Shown here piece by piece: positions 14,424-17,150 of a stretch of 17,150 nt of DNA (positions are counted from its first letter, which is position 1; each line of letters opens with the position of its first letter). This stretch comes from Anaerolineae bacterium. Lineage in GTDB: Bacteria; Chloroflexota; Anaerolineae; B4-G1; SLSP01. The position numbers were made by a program, and so were the translations under genes. The stretch is taken from assembly GCA_034435555.1 (NCBI GenBank), contig DAOTXC010000217.1:1-17150 (forward strand), given 5' to 3'. A model generated the notes under the pieces. It made no database searches. It was given only the letters and a program-made list of their open reading frames with translations, and was not told the origin of the DNA.

Positions 14424-15442
14424 CATGCCAGACGCGCCAGCGCCCAGGCTGCGTGTTCGCGCACCACGGGGCTGGGGTGCGCGCGGCTGGCGGCTTCCAG
14501 GAAAGAGCGCGCGGCCCCATCCCCCAGATTCCCCAAAACGACGGCTGCGTTGCGCGCCAAACCCTCCGGCGTTGCCCGCCAGAGGGGAGAATGCCGGAAA
14601 CGTGCGCGGAAGGCGTCCGCATCGAGCTGTAACAGGTCAGGCAAATAGAGCTGCGCTGTGGACGGCGCAGGCTCCGCCACGGGAGGGCGCTGCGCGTTCC
14701 ACGGACAGGCTTCCTGGCAGCGATCGCAGCCGAAAACACTTGTACCCAGATGCTCTCGCAACGTGGGCGGAAGCGCGCCCCGGTGCTCGATGGTGAGGTA
14801 AGAAAGGCAGCGGCGCGCATCAACTACCCCCGGCGCGACCAGCGCCCCGGTGGGGCAGGCATCGAGGCAACGGGTACACGCGCCGCAGTCGGGCAAGGCG
14901 GGGAGAGGCGTGACAGGGAGTTCGGTTCCCAACAAGGCCACGCCCAGGAAGAGATAGGACCCCCATCGCGGATGGATGAGGCAGCTATGTTTGCCGATCC
15001 AGCCCAGGCCAGCGATCTGCGCCCAGGCGCGCTCCAGCACCGGGCCGGTATCCACGTAGCAGCGGGCGGGGAAGTCGCCCAGCTGTGCCTGCAACGCGCC
15101 GACCAGCCGCTTGAGGCGCTGAAGCAGCCAGCGATGGTAATCCTCACCCCAGGCGTAGCGCGAGACGCGCCCGTGAAGCGGGGCCAGTGCGGCGGGCGGG
15201 GCTTCTCGCCCGTAGGATGCGCCCACCACCAGCACCGAGCGCGCCTCCGGCAGGATGCGGCGCGGGTCGGCGCGCTTGGCGATGGCATCGGGGCGGGCGA
15301 GATAGGTCATCTCGCCCGCATATCCCGCAGCCAGCCAATCCTGATAGGCGGTGATCTGCGGCGTCGGCCCTGCAGGGGCCACCCCGACCAGGTCGAGACC
15401 GGCCTGAGCCGCGAGCGCCTGTAGCGTCATCGCCGTCAGCAC
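14423..15442 (-). CDS. queG: tRNA epoxyqueuosine reductase QueG
   Basis: Two 4Fe-4S ferredoxin motifs are present: CGACTRCLDACPTGA and the QueG-typical CDRCQEACPWN. A HEAT-like C-terminus follows. The track start is GTG 15442; ATG 15430 is an alternative. Confidence 0.8.
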   Translation of the reverse strand: MLTAMTLQALAAQAGLDLVGVAPAGPTPQITAYQDWLAAGYAGEMTYLARPDAIAKRADPRRILPEARSVLVVGASYGREAPPAALAPLHGRVSRYAWGEDYHRWLLQRLKRLVGALQAQLGDFPARCYVDTGPVLERAWAQIAGLGWIGKHSCLIHPRWGSYLFLGVALLGTELPVTPLPALPDCGACTRCLDACPTGALVAPGVVDARRCLSYLTIEHRGALPPTLREHLGTSVFGCDRCQEACPWNAQRPPVAEPAPSTAQLYLPDLLQLDADAFRARFRHSPLWRATPEGLARNAAVVLGNLGDGAARSFLEAASRAHPSPVVREHAAWALARLA

Positions 15443-15450
15443 CGAGCCGC

Positions 15451-16500
15451 CTACTCTTCGACCATGAGCATCACGGATACGTTTTCACCCATCTCGCTAA
15501 TGTTCACGGTCAGAACGCGCCCGCCTTTCTCCCAGGTGCTCATCATCATCGTATCGTAAGAGAAGGTGTCGGTCTGAGTCCAGCCGTTAGCGGGCAGGCC
15601 CCGGTCGTAGAACTCGACAATCTCATCGAAGGTATCGGGCGATTCGAAGGTAGTCATGCCCGCCATCGAAAAGACATTCGTGACGTTATCATACATGGGT
15701 ACATCTTCAGGCAAGCCGCCGACATCCACATCCGAGGGTGGCTCGATGGTGAAGTTGGCATTGATGTCATAGATTTCCTGGGTCAGCGTCATCCGACCGT
15801 GGCCCATTTCGTCATCATCCCAATTGCCAGTCCATGTGACCACAGCGCGCACGGCGAACTCCGGCAGATTCGACTCATCCGCGACCCACATCTCGATTTC
15901 GAAATTCTCGAGATCAGATTGACCAAAGAGCAATGCAGCCTGGGCTGCGCTGGGTCGCAAGCGATAGTGCCGGCAGCGTATCCCGTTGACCGTCTCCCGA
16001 CCCTGATACTCGTAATCGCTATCATCCAAATTGCTCAGATCCTCTGCGGTGATGAAATCCCCAAACATATCCATAGAATCTTCCGTGGATTGCATCTGGA
16101 ACCATTCGCCGCCATAGCTCGTCCAGGTGGTATCGCCTATCTGGATGATTTCCATCTCCTCATCCTCGTCCCCAAAGACACCGGTCATAACCGCGCGAAG
16201 GGCCGAGGGATCGCGAGTGACCTCCTGCTGGATGTTCATCTCAAAGGACTCGCCCGCGTCAGCCTCAAAGCGCCAGACGATGCGCGCGCGATAGCTGTCC
16301 AAGCCCTCAAGGGCTTCGGGGTCTAATTGCGGCGGCGATTCCAACGCGCCATCATCATCGTCCGCATCTCCCGTTCCCGGATCGAACAAATCCACAAGCC
16401 CGCCATCGCCATTCTCAGAATCGCTCCCGCCGGGAAGGGCGCAAGCCAATGCGAGAATCAACAACATCCCTACCAAAACACTCAACCAACGCTTATTCAT
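15451..16500 (-). CDS. Secreted or lipo-protein of unknown function, extremely acidic (D/E-rich, Asp-rich low-complexity N-terminal linker). G+C is visibly lower than in the neighbouring genes.
   Basis: Signal peptide MNKRWLSVLVGMLLILALA|CALPGG (AXA site, or Cys+1 lipidation). Acidic linker GDADDDDGALESPPQLDPEALEGLD. AAAGGAGG SD 10 nt upstream. Its stop lies 8 nt before the queG start. Confidence 0.75.
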   Translation of the reverse strand: MNKRWLSVLVGMLLILALACALPGGSDSENGDGGLVDLFDPGTGDADDDDGALESPPQLDPEALEGLDSYRARIVWRFEADAGESFEMNIQQEVTRDPSALRAVMTGVFGDEDEEMEIIQIGDTTWTSYGGEWFQMQSTEDSMDMFGDFITAEDLSNLDDSDYEYQGRETVNGIRCRHYRLRPSAAQAALLFGQSDLENFEIEMWVADESNLPEFAVRAVVTWTGNWDDDEMGHGRMTLTQEIYDINANFTIEPPSDVDVGGLPEDVPMYDNVTNVFSMAGMTTFESPDTFDEIVEFYDRGLPANGWTQTDTFSYDTMMMSTWEKGGRVLTVNISEMGENVSVMLMVEE

Positions 16501-16615
16501 GTGTTACAACCTCCTTTGCAGCTAAGAACAAGATAGACTGCTTCCTCACTAACTTCCAGGGAATGAAGAGTACAAACGCGAGGGTCTATAGTAGTGTGAG
16601 TCTTGCAGCGCTCTC

Positions 16616-16643
16616 ATTCTAACACGCTCGACCATTTTAGCAA
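16616..16643 (-). promoter_or_regulatory. Promoter for the acidic secreted protein/queG: -35 TTGCTA (plus 16638-16643), 16-nt spacer, -10 TAGAAT (plus 16616-16621). Implies a ~110-nt 5' leader.
   Basis: Minus strand reads cTTGCTAaaatggtcgagcgtgtTAGAATgagagcg. Confidence 0.5.
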
Positions 16644-16774
16644 GTTTCCGGTCGCCTGGTAGAACGATCTTCACGTTACTGTAACTCGCCTTTTACAATA
16701 ATTGGGTACAATAGTAACGACTAGCAAGCCACAAATAGCGGGTAAGATTCTTGCTCTTTTGGGGCTTCGATGCT

Positions 16775-17150
16775 ATGATGAAGCAAGACATGGAAACTGA
16801 AAATCAATCCGAAGAACAAATACGCGCACTGCCGGATCGTCCACCGCGCCACTGTCCCGCCTGCGGCGCTCGCGTGGCCGAAGGGGCCAAGTCCTGTTTG
16901 ATGTGTGGCGCGGAGCTGGGCGACGAAACGCCCCTCACGGCGACGGAGACGGAAGCGAAATCTACCCCGCGCCGTTTGAACCGGCTGCAAATCATCATCC
17001 TGGCGGCGGTAGCCCTGGTCATTTTAGGGGGATCGGTCATCCTGGGATTGCGACTCTCGCAGCAGAACGAGACGCAGCTGCCAACAGCAACCCCCACGAT
17101 CACCACGACCCCCACTCCAACCGTCAGCCCGACCGCCACCCCGACCACGA
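16775..17150 (+). CDS. CDS truncated by the window edge: an N-terminal zinc-ribbon (CPACGA…CLMCGA), a single TM helix (IIILAAVALVILGGSVILGL) and a Pro/Thr-rich linker. Runs off the window end.
   Basis: Manual translation MMKQDMETENQSEEQIRALPDRPPRHCPACGARVAEGAKSCLMCGAELGDETPLTATETEAKSTPRRLNRLQIIILAAVALVILGGSVILGLRLSQQNETQLPTATPTITTTPTPTVSPTATPTT… It is not in the track because it has no stop. ATG 16790 is an alternative start if TTGCTC-17-TATGAT (16751-16779) is the promoter, which would give a near-leaderless mRNA. Track minus ORFs 16721..16990 and 16804..17148 are its antisense. Confidence 0.7.
   Translation, partial: MMKQDMETENQSEEQIRALPDRPPRHCPACGARVAEGAKSCLMCGAELGDETPLTATETEAKSTPRRLNRLQIIILAAVALVILGGSVILGLRLSQQNETQLPTATPTITTTPTPTVSPTATPTT

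Noticed and set aside
13214-15424. Track ORFs 13214..13420, 13431..13982(-), 13622..13819, 13796..14110(-), 14371..14823(-), 14425..14796(+), 14750..15424(+), 14824..15288(-), 15144..15338(-)
   Set aside because: Shadows of the alpha-oxoamine synthase and queG genes, with no independent support.
15789-17148. Track ORFs 15789..16025(-), 15799..16326(+), 16327..16536(+), 16721..16990(-), 16804..17148(-)
   Set aside because: These are antisense or alternate frames of the acidic secreted protein gene and of the Zn-ribbon gene. The latter is the true plus-strand frame but is missing from the track because it lacks a stop.

Overview
This is a high-GC bacterial chromosomal segment in which long antisense ORFs are common and should be ignored. 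Coordinates I placed by hand may be off by 1-2 nt. The genes are mostly housekeeping. On the minus strand lie serS, groES-groEL behind two CIRCE operators, a YraN-MiaA fusion ORF, and queG co-directional with a very acidic secreted protein. On the plus strand lie a DtxR-family regulator followed by feoA-feoB-feoC, and an alpha-oxoamine synthase (BioF/Kbl-like). A minus-strand cluster at 452-3939 reads yajC-like, then PP2C phosphatase, then a small P-loop NTPase, then a flotillin/SPFH protein. A gene with a CHAT-like N-terminus follows it and is cut by the window edge. A second edge-truncated gene encodes a Zn-ribbon protein with a PT-rich linker. The most unusual feature is the 0.8-kb non-coding gap between serS and the dtxR-feo operon (5406-6195). 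It holds a composite element with ~142-bp near-identical inverted arms. Three CTACTCAGG...CCTGAGTAG-bracketed units and nested hairpins sit inside it. A perfect 34-bp palindrome plus T-tract follows with no upstream gene to terminate. Other observations: a 20-bp palindromic operator overlaps the -10 of the dtxR-feo promoter. A GATTT repeat leader with 8-bp periodicity is shared by the dtxR-like and flotillin genes. A GATTTTT(T)AG motif lies immediately 5' of the Shine-Dalgarno of four unrelated genes. Back-to-back divergent promoters include a leaderless start for YraN-MiaA.
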